Positions 39,847 to 50,372 of a DNA stretch of 64,000 nt are shown in pieces. The position numbers and the translations under genes were made by a program. Source of the DNA: Alphaproteobacteria bacterium (GTDB lineage Bacteria; Pseudomonadota; Alphaproteobacteria; MPNO01); the NCBI GenBank assembly GCA_965248835.1, contig CBDFLJ010000001.1, forward strand, positions 2,080,001 to 2,144,000, given 5' to 3'. The notes below the pieces were generated by a model, which ran no database searches, was not told the DNA's origin, and worked only from the letters and a program-made list of their open reading frames with translations. Numbering within the stretch: position 1 is the first letter of the stretch; every line of letters starts with the position of its first letter.

Positions 39847-41163
39847 ATGGAGTGGTACGAGGCCGCGGCGCTACTGGTCGGGTCGGTGGTCGCGCTGATG
39901 CTCCTCGGCGTGCCGGTGGCGTTCGCTTTCCTTGCCAGCAACCTTGTCGGCGCGCAGGTGTTCATGGGCGGGTTCCGCGCCTTCCCACAGATCATCGTCA
40001 ACGCGACCGAGTCGGTGACCATCTTCGCGCTGGTGCCGGTGCCGCTGTTCATCATCATGGGCGAGCTGTTCTTCCACACCGGGCTCGCGATCCGCGTCTT
40101 CGATGCGCTCGACAAGTGCTTCGGCCGCATCCCGGGCCGGCTCAGCTATATCACCGTGGCCGGCGGCACGATCTTCGCCACCCTGTCGGGATCGACGATG
40201 GCCAACACGGCGATGATGGGCGCGCTGATGGTGCCCGACATGACGCGCCGCGGATACAAGCGGCACATGTCGATGGGGCCGATCCTGGGCACCGGCGGGC
40301 TCGCGATGATCATCCCGCCGTCGGCGCTCGCGGTGCTGCTGGCGAGCCTCGCCGAGATCGATATCGGGGCGCTCCTGATCGCCGGCGTCGTACCGGGGCT
40401 GATCCTCGCGGTGCTCTACGCGGTGCTGATCTACGGCCAGGTGAGGTTCGACCCCGAAGCGGCGCCGGTCTACGACGTCGAGAAATCGACGCTGGCCGAG
40501 ATCGCCCGCGCGGTGGTGGTCAACATCCTGCCGATGAGCGTCGTGGTGTTCTGCGTGATCGGGCTGATCATCCTCGGCGTCGCCACACCCACTGAGGCGG
40601 CGGGGTTCGGCGCGTTCGGCGTGATGGTGCTCGGCGTCGCCTTCCGTGTGCTGACCTGGGACGCGCTCGCCAAGTCGTTCATGGGCGCGCTCCGCATCAC
40701 TGCCATGGTGCTGCTGATCATCGTGGGCTCGTCGACGTTCAGCCAGATCCTCGCCTTCTCCGGGGCGACCGCCGGGCTGATCGGCTGGGCGACAAGCGTC
40801 GAGGTGTCGGCGATCGTCATGCTGCTGGTGATGTTCGCCATCCTCCTGGTGTTCGGCATGTTCATGGACCAGGTCTCGATGATGCTGATCACCGTGCCGA
40901 TCTTCTTTCCGCTGGCCCAGACGCTGCAATTCGATCTCGTCTGGTTCGCGTTGGTGATGCTGCTCGGGCTGGAGATCAGCCTGACCACGCCGCCCTTCGG
41001 GCTGCTGCTGTTCGTGATGATGGGCGTGGCGCCGGCCGGCACCAAGCTCGGCCACGTGGCGCTGGCCGCCGCGCCCTATATCGGATGCGCCTTCGTCGTC
41101 CTCGTCCTGCTCATCGTCTTCCCGCAAATCGCGCTCTATTTGCCGGGTCTGATGTCCAACTGA
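39847..41163 (+). CDS. dctM: TRAP large permease
   Basis: VPLFIIMGE, GGLAMIIPPS, TPTEAA, TPPFGLLLF. Confidence 0.93.
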   Translation: MEWYEAAALLVGSVVALMLLGVPVAFAFLASNLVGAQVFMGGFRAFPQIIVNATESVTIFALVPVPLFIIMGELFFHTGLAIRVFDALDKCFGRIPGRLSYITVAGGTIFATLSGSTMANTAMMGALMVPDMTRRGYKRHMSMGPILGTGGLAMIIPPSALAVLLASLAEIDIGALLIAGVVPGLILAVLYAVLIYGQVRFDPEAAPVYDVEKSTLAEIARAVVVNILPMSVVVFCVIGLIILGVATPTEAAGFGAFGVMVLGVAFRVLTWDALAKSFMGALRITAMVLLIIVGSSTFSQILAFSGATAGLIGWATSVEVSAIVMLLVMFAILLVFGMFMDQVSMMLITVPIFFPLAQTLQFDLVWFALVMLLGLEISLTTPPFGLLLFVMMGVAPAGTKLGHVALAAAPYIGCAFVVLVLLIVFPQIALYLPGLMSN

Positions 41164-41169
41164 GCTGCG

Positions 41170-41400
41170 GGAGCCGGAGTTCCCGCCGTTTCGAGGTCGA
41201 GCAGGAAGCGCTTCGTCCCGGCGCCGCCCCGGCTGGAATAGCCGCCGAGCGCGCCGTTCGCGCCAACGATCCGGCGGCAGGCGACGATTATCGGGACCGG
41301 GTTGCGGCTGCAGGCATTGCCGACCGCGCGCGGGCTCGACCCGACGGCCCGGGCGACATCGCCGTAGGTTCGGACCTCGCCCGGCGGGATCTCCTCGACG
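41170..41400 (-). pseudogene. O6-methylguanine-DNA methyltransferase (Ogt/Ada-C) fragment
   Basis: IPPGEVRTYGDVA, PRAVGNACSRNPVPIIVACRRIV (PCHR degenerate), LGGY, KRFLLDLE. Confidence 0.75.
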
Positions 41401-41549
41401 GTCGTTCCTTCCTCCGTCTGGAGCAGAATGAACGCTATCTGCTGCGCGCTGAACTTCGATCGCTTCATCAAGTCTTCCCCGGCCGGTCACGGAAAACCTG
41501 ACCGAGAATTTTCTCAGACCGAATGGTCCAACTTTGTGGAAGCAGGTCA
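41395..41549 (-). mobile_element. IS3-family left end and first codons of orfA
   Basis: IR TGACCTGCTTCCACAAAGTTGGACCA; MKRSKFSAQQIAFIL..EEGTTVEE. Confidence 0.75.
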
Positions 41550-41564
41550 CGGTTGCTCCGTCAA

Positions 41565-41719
41565 GCTGGGTAGTCGGCAAGGAACGGGTCATCGCCGGCG
41601 CCGACTGCGGCTTCGGCACATTCGCCGCCAGCAAGACGATCCACACGACAATTGCGTGGGCGTGGTTCGACACCCTTGTCAAGGGCGCGCGGCTGGCGTC
41701 GAAGGAGGTGTGGAATTGA
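41565..41719 (+). pseudogene. Cobalamin-independent methionine synthase II family, C-terminal relic
   Basis: VGKERVIAGADCGFGTFA...IAWA..TLVKGARLASKEVW. Confidence 0.75.
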
Positions 41720-41726
41720 AGCGCGG

Positions 41727-43740
41727 TTAAGCCGGCCGCGCGCCCTCGACCGTGGTGCGGTGCATGTGACGGCGGTATTGGGGGTCGTAGAGCGTGCCGT
41801 GATGGATCGTGCCGCGGTTGTCCCAGCACAGATAGTCGTTGGCCGGGCGGGCGGTCGCGCCGTCTTGCCACAACCGCTGCACGCCGCTTTGGGTCTCGCC
41901 CCAGGCCGGTTGCAGGCTCAGAGACAAGCCTCGGCGGGCAGCGCCCAGATCGAGCCGGACCAGACCGCCGATGCCCCATTCCTCGTAGTTGCCGCCATGG
42001 GCCAGCACGGTGCGGCTGTGGCCCTCGACGGTAAGACCGCTCGCCGGGTCGTGGTAGCGGAGGCTGCCGCCGAGCTCGACGCCGGCGCCGGTCTCGCCGT
42101 CGCCGCCGTCATGGCGAAGACCAAGCTCGACCGCGGGCGTCAACGTGCCGCCCGAGGCGAGTTTGTGCGCATGGCTGCCCTCAAGGCTGAGCCGCACCTT
42201 GCTGGCATCCACCGTCAGCTCGTTGATGTCGGCACCATTACCCTCGACGTCGACCCGCGTCAGCGAGCCCTCGCCCTTGAGCGTGAGTCTTGTCGTACCG
42301 CCTTTGATCAGATCGTCACTGGAGAGCAGCGTGCCGCTCGCGCCCAGCGCCGCCGACCACTGCGTCAGGTCGCTCAACTCCGGGATCCCGCCATCGTCGT
42401 CGATTTCAAGCTCGCCCCAGCCGTAGCCAACCGTCCCCCAGAGACTGAAACCTTCGTTCGCCGACCAGCTCACATAGGGGTTCACGCTGGTCATACGGTT
42501 CTTAAGCGTGCCGCCCGCCGCAGTGCCGGTGCTCCAGTCCGTGTAGTCGAACGAACCCCTGGAGATCGAGCCCGAAAGACCGGCCAGCAGGTTCTCGCGC
42601 AGCCGCGTATCGGCGCCGAGATGGGCACTCCACAGGTCGCCGTCCCATTCCACCGCGCTGCTACCACCGCCCGAGAGACTGCGGTAATCGCCGCTGCCCC
42701 AGACCCCGATGTCGCCGACACCGCCGGCCTTGCCGCCTTCCGCCGCGTTGAGCGCGAAGGACGAGCCGCCCAGCACCCGTGCCAGGTCGAGCGTGCCGTC
42801 CTCCAGCGCCTGCTGGTTCGATTTCAGGACATGGTAGAGCGTCGATTGACCGGCAATGCTGGCCGTCGCCGCCGGCACGTTGCCCGAGGCGACCGCCTCG
42901 ATGCGCTCGGTCACCGCCGCGAGCGTGCTCGCCGCGATCGCCCGCGTGACCTGCGGGAGCACCGTGTCGATCACACCGCCCGGGCGGTTCACCCGCGTCT
43001 GCCGGATCTCGGATAATCTCGCCTTCCAAGCATTGCTCAACGCCTCGAGACTGAGGCCATAGACGCCTACCCACCGATCAGCCGCCCCGCTGTTTCTGGC
43101 ACCGGCGTCCAACGGGGTCAGCGCGTAGAGTAGGCCAAATTTGTCCATCCCGTACGTTTCAATGAGAAACCGCACGAAAGAACCGGCACGAATATAGGCC
43201 CGTCTCTCAGGTGTTCTGTCGGGGTCCAACCGGTCAGGCGTTGCAATTGCATCCAGAACGAGGAGATTCGCCTCATCCGCAGATTCCCCTGCGGCATTAT
43301 GCAGGTCCCGACCAGAGTTGGGATACGCCGCTTGGCCCCCTAAACGCTCGTGTCCATAAACGGCAAACCCTTCCGCCAGAAACCGGTTCGCGTTTGGGGC
43401 GAACACATGAATAACTTCGTGGGTGATCGCCGATCGGCCTGCCACCGTCGTTCCCGTCCGAAACAGCATGTTCCCGCGATTGCCCTCCCAAGCTGGGATC
43501 AAAGCCATCGATGGTCCCGTGCTGTCCTCGATATCAATAGTGAAGGACCCGGTATTAAGTGTCCCCCCACCAGTTACAAACCTTGTTTATCGCCGCACGG
43601 AGAGTTTCCTCGAATACCCGCACGTCCTCGCTCGATATGTTTTCGGGTTCTTCGATTGTTATAGTGGGGTCAGCGCATTGGGCAAACGCCGATCCCAACG
43701 CCAAATAGCCCGTCAGAAGGAATGCGATAGCAAATCTCAT
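41727..43740 (-). pseudogene. Chimeric ORF: signal peptide + HEXXH metallopeptidase-like domain + truncated autotransporter beta-domain + TauD tail; frameshift near 43555
   Basis: MRFAIAFLLTGYLALGSAFAQ; THEVIH..RFLAEGFAVY; WGSGDYRSL..WDGDL, PYVSW, GLRHDGGDGETGAGVELG; last ~38 aa near-identical to the TauD C-terminus. Confidence 0.75.
41731..41844 (+). repeat. 114 bp direct repeat, copy D'
   Basis: Matches 18414-18527. Confidence 0.93.
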
Positions 43741-43789
43741 AATTACCACACCTCCCGATTCACCGCAGTAGAACTGCCCCGCACGCTAG

Positions 43790-44240
43790 CCCGGATTATT
43801 CATCCTGGGCCTGAATTTGGGTTGGCGGGCATGGCGTAGAAATTCGTTGTCGAAGCGACATTCTTTCCGGGCAACGAAAACGCCACGCCACACCCACCAT
43901 GGCCGATGATACGCTTTTCTCTTTCGATCTTCCAGCCGTTCGGCGCAAGAAGGGGCGCGCTGCCTTCGACGGCGGCCTGATCTCCTCTGACGGTGGCCTG
44001 GTTCTGTTGCGCGAGGATGAACGTATACGTTCATCGCCGCCTCGGCCTGGCCGGTCTGCTGGCCGGGTGCATCGGGGATCGGCGCGCCCCGGTTCTGATC
44101 ACCCACACGCTGGCCGAGATGCTGCGCTTGCGCATGTTCGCGACCGCCTGCGGCTACGAGGATGCCGACGACTGCGACCGCTTGCGATCGAACCCTGTGT
44201 TCAAGCTTGCGGTGGGACGGACGCCGGAAAGCGGCCGCGA
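43790..44240 (+). mobile_element. IS1380-family left end and truncated, frameshifted transposase
   Basis: CCCGGATTATTCAT end; AAFDGGLISSDGGLVLLRE, ACGYEDADDCDRLR..FKLAVGR. Confidence 0.85.
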
Positions 44241-44372
44241 TCACAACTTCGTTGCTCATATCCGCTACGCCCCGAACAACAGTAGGCGTTACGTCAGCCC
44301 TACCTGGCTACCGGTGTGAGGCAGGACTGAACCGGGATTCTCCGTATGGCAAATCCCCCTTAGAGTGTTGCT

Positions 44373-45223
44373 ATGAAAAAGATCCCACTCTCGCGGGACA
44401 GCCGCCGCCGTATCAAACATGCCAATGCGTATTACGTTGAGAGCCGAATTGGCGCTTACTCCTACGACCATATATACGGAGCCGCCGCGTCTGCCGCGGC
44501 AGATTTTTCATCGATTGGGCCACGCAGTTCGGCGGCCCGGTGTTGGAACTCGGCGCCGGGACCGGGTTGATAAGTTGGCCCGTCGCGGCGGCTGGTTTCA
44601 ACGTCGTCGCGGTCGATCTGTCGGCCGAAATGCTCGCCCTCGCTGAGCGAAAGCAAGAGCACTACCCGCAGGATGTCGTCGATCGCCTCCGGTTCATCCG
44701 TGCCGACATGGTCGACTTCGAGATCGAGCAGCGGTTTCGAACGGTGATGCTGCCGGGACGATCGTTCCAGCATCTGCTGACGCCCGAGGACCAGCGCGCC
44801 GCGCTGCGGCAAATCCACACCCACCTCGAACCGGGCGGTGGCCTGGTTCTGACGCTTTTCGACCCCGATCTACGATATTGCGTTCCCGGCGCACGGCCGC
44901 CGATCGAACGGGAGCAGTTCGAAGACCCGGCCTCGGGACACCGGATGCGCCGGACGTTTCTCGATCGCCAAACCGATCCCCGACGTCAGGTTTTCAGCGA
45001 AACGATTCGCCTGGAATTGCTCGAAGCCGGCGGCAGGATTTTAGTCTCCCAAAAAACACGATGGTCGATGCGTTGGAGCTATCAACAAGAAATGCGCTAT
45101 TTGATCGAAGCCAGCGGCTTTGAGATTGACGCTTTATTTTCCGATTTTTCCGGCGCCCCGGCGGATTATGGTGAGGAACAAATCTGGATCGCCCACCGCG
45201 GGAAATCTCTGCCAACGCGATAA
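44373..45223 (+). pseudogene. Class I SAM methyltransferase, second copy, frameshifted (T6 to T5 at ~44505)
   Basis: Same protein as 12643-13494 split into two ORFs. Confidence 0.88.
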
Positions 45224-45349
45224 ACCGACATTTCCCGGATGACCTCCAATTCGCAGCCAGTCGCAGGTGACTCCTATCACCGATTGGAGGACTTTTCCTC
45301 TGCGGCAATCCGACAGTGCCGATTTGATGATTGGGCCAACGTGGTGCGC

Positions 45350-45673
45350 CGCGGGCCCGCGGCCGAGATCGAAGCCGCCGTCATCGACCGGCTTCGGGGC
45401 CTGCTGCGCCAACCCGAGATCGTCGTCGCCACCTGGCGCGCGGTTCGGGAACGGGACGACGCGCTCACCGAGGCCGAGGTACGTGAGGCCCTTCACGGCC
45501 TCGATCCCCTGTAGGACGAGTTGTTCCCCGCCGAGCAGGCCCGCCTGGTCCGGCTTCTCGTCCGGCGTGTCGAGGTCCAGCCAAACGGGTTGAGGCTGCA
45601 TCTCCGCGTCGACGGGCTTCGCAGCATTGTCGCCGACATGAGGGCGGAACAGAGCCAGCGGAGGGCCGCCTGA
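45350..45673 (+). pseudogene. Serine recombinase C-terminal fragment, second copy (same TAG at 45512)
   Basis: Duplicate of 13620-13944. Confidence 0.75.
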
Positions 45674-46092
45674 TGACCGACGCCCGGCTCAGCGAAGACG
45701 GCGCCACCTTTACCGTCTGGATCCCCATGACATTCAAGGCCCGGGGCGGGCGCAAGCTGGTGGTTTCGCCCGACGGCGTGCCCGCCTGGACCGGGCCCCG
45801 AAGCCGGGTCGACGACACCCTGGTCAAGGCGCTCGCCCGCGCTTTCCGCCGGCGCCGGCTGCTGGAGACCGGCGTCCACGGCACGGTCGACGAGATCGCC
45901 CGCGCCGAGGGCATCAACGATTCCTACCTGAGCCGCATCCTGCGCCTCACCCTGCTCGCGCCCGACATCGTGGACGCGATCCTCGACGGACGCCAGCCGC
46001 CCGCGCTCACGATGGCGCGGTTGATGAAGCCGTTTCCGGCGGCGTGGGAGGATCAGAGGGCGCGGTTTATGAGCCCGGACGCCGCCCGATAG
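45673..46092 (+). CDS. Recombinase-associated HTH-like hypothetical protein, second copy
   Basis: Near-identical to 13944-14351. Confidence 0.7.
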   Translation: MTDARLSEDGATFTVWIPMTFKARGGRKLVVSPDGVPAWTGPRSRVDDTLVKALARAFRRRRLLETGVHGTVDEIARAEGINDSYLSRILRLTLLAPDIVDAILDGRQPPALTMARLMKPFPAAWEDQRARFMSPDAAR

Positions 46093-46241
46093 GTTCGATA
46101 TACGAGAACGCTAAGCTTGGCGTGCTGCAGCTTCATGACCAGCGACACACACTCGTCAATCAGGCCGGAATGTTGGGTAAGTACCTGCCTGTCGTTGCCA
46201 TTACGATCAGTCTGGCAGCGGGACTCGATTGGAGGCGGCAA

Positions 46242-46658
46242 TCAGTTGTCCGGAATCGCGGGAGCAACGTTCGACGATGTCTGGCCAATCTTGACGCGGG
46301 CCCGCGGCATGTCGCAGCGTTTGCGAGCGCCGAGTTCCCGTAGCCAGGCATTACGCTCGAAATAGGCGCGGATTTCGATCGAGTCAGCTAACCGCAGGTC
46401 CATCGCAAACCAAGGTAGGATCAGGAACACCCCCGCGCCGTAAAGTACGGCGTTTCGACCGCTTTGATCTTGCGCTGGCAGGCGCCGGATGATTTCGGTT
46501 TCGTTGTGTGTCACCTCCTCGATCAGCTTCGAGCAGGAGGACGCTTCGTCGCCCGATTGGTTCCACGGAACCGGCCGGGGATCGCGACCGCCGCAAGCCG
46601 ATAGCGCGAGCACCGCGACAATGGCCGGCGCGACGCGGACAGCTCGTCGGGCTTTCAT
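46242..46658 (-). CDS. Putative lipoprotein
   Basis: Lipobox LSAC-GG; additional Cys residues; hydrophobic GVFLILPWF. Confidence 0.65.
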   Translation of the reverse strand: MKARRAVRVAPAIVAVLALSACGGRDPRPVPWNQSGDEASSCSKLIEEVTHNETEIIRRLPAQDQSGRNAVLYGAGVFLILPWFAMDLRLADSIEIRAYFERNAWLRELGARKRCDMPRARVKIGQTSSNVAPAIPDN

Positions 46659-46688
46659 CCGTACTGGCGGACACTTTTCGCCACGCCC

Positions 46689-47195
46689 TTAGCGCAGCGC
46701 AATGATCATATTGCTAACAGCCTCGCGAACTGCATCATCCAGGCCGCTCTCGCTCGACATCGGGTGTGAGGCCGATACTCCTTCGACCTGGAATGCAGTC
46801 CTGGTTTGCCCTGTCGCCTGATCAATCAGTGTGACGTTGCACTTGAGCCGGTTGGATCCTGCAAACACGCCCAGTAGGACACGCGCCGCCCCTGAAACCG
46901 CTGTTCCTTCGACAACGGCAACGTCGAGTTTGTAGTCGGCAGCTTCATTGGCGTGGACCACCTGGCGAAAGACGTGCTCCGCCACTAACCGCCCGAACAG
47001 CTCGCTGCGCAACCGTTGGACAACGCGGGTCGATCCCACATCGGCGCCCTGGACGACGTTCAGAGATACCGTTTTGTTGGCACCAATCGCTCCGACCTTC
47101 TCTTGGGTAATATTCAGTTTCCCGCTCGAACTGCACGCGGCGACGATCAGCATCACGCCAACCAGAGCGGTGATCCGACTCCAATTCCCCAGCAT
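46689..47195 (-). CDS. DUF4410-like lipoprotein
   Basis: Lipobox VAAC-SSS; VSGAARVLLGVFAGSN motif. Confidence 0.65.
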   Translation of the reverse strand: MLGNWSRITALVGVMLIVAACSSSGKLNITQEKVGAIGANKTVSLNVVQGADVGSTRVVQRLRSELFGRLVAEHVFRQVVHANEAADYKLDVAVVEGTAVSGAARVLLGVFAGSNRLKCNVTLIDQATGQTRTAFQVEGVSASHPMSSESGLDDAVREAVSNMIIALR

Positions 47196-47305
47196 CCTAC
47201 TCTCCCCGCCATCTTGGATAACCGATGCGATTTTAACGTCTTTCACTACGCGAGCCAATAAGCGGGACGGAAGGGTGACAGGTCACAAAACGTCGCACAT
47301 CAGCG

Positions 47306-48577
47306 TGACCTTCTCCCGACATTAGGGCCAGGTCGGCTGAGAGTGTTCCGTGTTGATCATAGCGCTCAAGGGCAGCTGAGTGGAGCCGTTGCGGAGCTCA
47401 TGCGAAGCTGCCCGTGTTGCCAGATAGGCGGCCGGCGTCTGATAGCCGAGCGCCGAATGCGGCCTGGCGGTGTTGTGGTGCACGCGCCAGGCCTCGATCA
47501 CCGACCGGGCATGGGCCAGGCTGGTGAACCATTCCTCGTTCAGGCATTGATCGCGGAACCTTCCATTGAAACTCTCCACGAACGCGTTCTGCACCGGCTT
47601 GCCGGGCTCGATGAAGTGAAGGCCGACGCCGGTGCGCCGGGACCACTCGAACATCGCCCGGGAAGTCAGCTCCGGACCGTTGTCCATGACCAGCGTCTCG
47701 GGCAGGCCACGGCGGGCGGCCATATCCTCGAGGAAGCGGACCAGCCGCGCCCCGGAGATCGACACGTCGACGATCTGGCCCGGGCATTCTCGGCTGTGGT
47801 CGTCGACGATGTTGAGGATGCGGAACCGCCGGCCCGAGGCGAGCTGGTCGGAGACAAAGTCCACCGACCAGCGCTGCATCGGCCGCTGCGGCACAGCCAG
47901 CGGCATGCGATCACGGCGTGGCAGCCGCCGGCGTACGCGACGGCGCACCTGCAGGCCTTCCTCGCGGTAGAGCCTGTCGGTCCGCTTGGCATTCACCACC
48001 AGGCCCTCACCGGCCAGCAGCACATGCAGGCGCAAGTAGCCATAGCGCCGATAGCGCGCCGCCAGATCCTTCATGCGAACACGCAGAACCTCGTCCTGCT
48101 TGGGCGTCGGGCGATACTGCGCCACCGAACGCGACAGGCCGACCACGCGACAGGCCGACCACGCGGCAGGCCCGCCGCTGGCTGTAGCTGCGCCGTTCCA
48201 TCAGATAGCCCACGGCGTCCCGCCGCGCCGCGGGCTTCACCAGTTTTTTGATAGCAGATCCTTCAGCGAGGCGTTGTCCAAGTGCGCTTCCGCCAGAAGA
48301 CGCTTCAGTTTGGCGTTCTCCGATTCCAGATCCTTCAGGCGCCGCGCTTCGGACACGCCCATGCCGCCGTACTTCGACTTCCAGCGATAGAAGGTCTGCT
48401 CCGAGATCCCATGACGACGGCACAGATCCCGCGCCGTCCCGCCGGCCTCATGCTCCCGAAGCACACCGATGATCTGTTCGTCCGTAAACCGATTCCGCTT
48501 CATGTCGAGTTCTCCCTTCAAAAGTCTCCTCCGGAAAACTCTCTTCCGCTATGGCCCGGATCACGGGGGGAAGGTCA
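47306..48577 (-). mobile_element. IS3-family (IS407-like) element, full length with 4-bp target duplication AGCG; orfB frameshifted
   Basis: IRs TGACCTTC(T/C)CCC...GGGCCA; orfA MKRNRFTDEQII; slippery AAAAAAC; orf[29 protein letters not shown]; 16-bp tandem duplication 48129-48160. Confidence 0.93.
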
Positions 48578-48894
48578 AGCGCACTCTCATTGCCGTATCG
48601 AGAGATCAAAGAAACTCAATGAATTCAGTGCTCGGGTTGGATGCCGGTCTCGCCCGTTCGGGCGAACGAAATTCCAACTCCGGGAATTCCAAATCCCGCT
48701 AACCCATTGAAATTTCTACGGTCTGAAAAGCCGTACAGAATTGGCGCAGTCAACAGTCGCGGAGAATATCGGCGGAGAGAGCGGATTCGGCCCGAATCGC
48801 GGGACCGGCGGTCAACGGTTGTCGGCTGAAACCCGCGCGAATACTGAGCTTTTTGCGTTGCCCGAAGCGAACAGAGAAAGTTGGGCGTGGGGCT

Positions 48895-48928
48895 TGGCGG
48901 AGGGATCGCACCCCGGTTCGAACCTTCT
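48895..48928 (-). other. Degenerate tRNA-Ser 3'-end copy (att-like relic)
   Basis: TGGCGGAGGGA identical to 53274-53284, followed by a TTCGAACC T-loop-like motif. Confidence 0.5.
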
Positions 48929-49191
48929 CCGGTTGGGCGTTCGATGTGGTGGAGATGGTTTGCAATCACCGTCGCATAGCGACCGAAACCCTGATCGGAC
49001 CTGCGGTTATGCGAGGGACGATGTCAGAGCCGCATCTACTCCTTGGCGTGACGCCGCAACCAGACGCGGAACAAGCTCGGTAAATGCCAGGGGAAAGCTT
49101 GATCTCGCCAACCCGATTAGAGAAGGCGTCCACTTGCCCAATCCGACCTTCTACAATAGGAATGCCGAACTCGAAGTGGGGTTAACGCAAA

Positions 49192-49989
49192 ATGGCGATC
49201 AAGCGCGAATTATGGAAACCGCCATTCAGAACGTTTCCTTCCTGGCCATGCCCCACTTGCGGTATCGGCACGATAGCCCTTATTGACGAGACGTTGACCG
49301 TTGCCGAAACGGGCCCCTCAAAAGAGGCCCACGGACATGATGCTTGGGAGCCGGAATGGATCGACGAGCGGTTCGTCGCTATGTTGGTTTGCAATAACGC
49401 GGACTGTAAGGAACGTGTTGTTGTCTGCGGTCGAACATCTCATGAGGAGGATCACGATTACGAGTGCCAAGAGCAAAACTGGGCGAGGCTGTTCGAGCCA
49501 ACATCCTTCAATGAGGCACCGCCAGTATTTCCCATCCCCGAGAACTGCCCCCATGAAATCGAACAGGAGTTGAAGCGAGCTTTCGCGCTGGTGTGGTTGG
49601 ACATCGGTTCAAGCGCCAACCGGTTACGGTCCGCAATCGAGGCGTTCTTGAATGAGCGTAAGGTTCCGAAGACTACCAAGAACAAGAATGGAAAGCGCGT
49701 TCGCCTCGACCTTCATAGCCGTATCATTCGGTTTCGGACCAAGAACGTGGACGCGGCCAATTCCCTGGAGGCGGTCAAGTGGCTCGGAAACGTCGGTAGT
49801 CACGCGAATCTTGATAGTCTGGCCATCGACGACCTGTTGGACGGATTTGATTTGTTCGAGGATGCAATCGAGCGCGTCTATGTTCGCCGCGCTGAGCGCC
49901 TAAGTAAAATGGCTGCGAAAATCAACAAACAGAAGGGCAAACGGCCCAAAACCGAAAAAAAACGACGTTCTGGGAGGCGAAACATCTGA
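49192..49989 (+). CDS. DUF4145 (HEPN-like) domain protein with N-terminal Cys-rich ribbon
   Basis: CPTC, CNNADC; SANRLRSAIE, LHSRI, KWLGNVGSH; lower GC than flanks. Confidence 0.75.
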   Translation: MAIKRELWKPPFRTFPSWPCPTCGIGTIALIDETLTVAETGPSKEAHGHDAWEPEWIDERFVAMLVCNNADCKERVVVCGRTSHEEDHDYECQEQNWARLFEPTSFNEAPPVFPIPENCPHEIEQELKRAFALVWLDIGSSANRLRSAIEAFLNERKVPKTTKNKNGKRVRLDLHSRIIRFRTKNVDAANSLEAVKWLGNVGSHANLDSLAIDDLLDGFDLFEDAIERVYVRRAERLSKMAAKINKQKGKRPKTEKKRRSGRRNI

Positions 49990-50117
49990 CAAGGAGGGTG
50001 AGGGATTTGAGGAAAAACCCTCTAAATTTCGGGGAAGAAACATTAACGCCCACCGCTCTGCCGCTTACCAAACCGTTCCAATGATTTGCCGTGACATTCC
50101 AGCAATCACAGGCTCTG

Positions 50118-50239
50118 ATCGGCGGCCGCTTCGAGATCGGTCGTCGCTCAACCTCAGCCTCGAGGGCGAGCGCCGTGAGCCGGCCAATGATGCGGCCTCG
50201 GACCACGCGATCAAGCTGCCCATGCAGGCAAACTGGTAG
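50118..50239 (+). pseudogene. Isolated C-terminal tail of an autotransporter-like beta-barrel
   Basis: IGGRFEIG-SLNLSLEGERREPANDAASDHAIKL-MQANW* across two frameshifts; terminal Trp. Confidence 0.45.
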
Positions 50240-50372
50240 GGCCGAGGCCGAAGCCGGTCGCGCGGCGGCACGGCGCCTTCCGAGGCACCGCGTCCTCGCT
50301 CTTCAGCCGATTGCCGGCCTCGTCCCGTGTCGGCCTCCCGCATAGAGGGCTGGCTCCGCCATCATCGGGGCG

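Larger units (their letters stand above)
44305..46064 (+). repeat. ~1.76 kb direct repeat, copy C'
   Basis: Matches 12575-14335. Confidence 0.97.

Noticed and set aside
18414-41844. 114-bp repeat at a gene 3' end as a DGR template/variable repeat pair
   Set aside because: The three differences (T/C, A/G, G/C) are not adenine-specific on one strand, and no reverse transcriptase is present.
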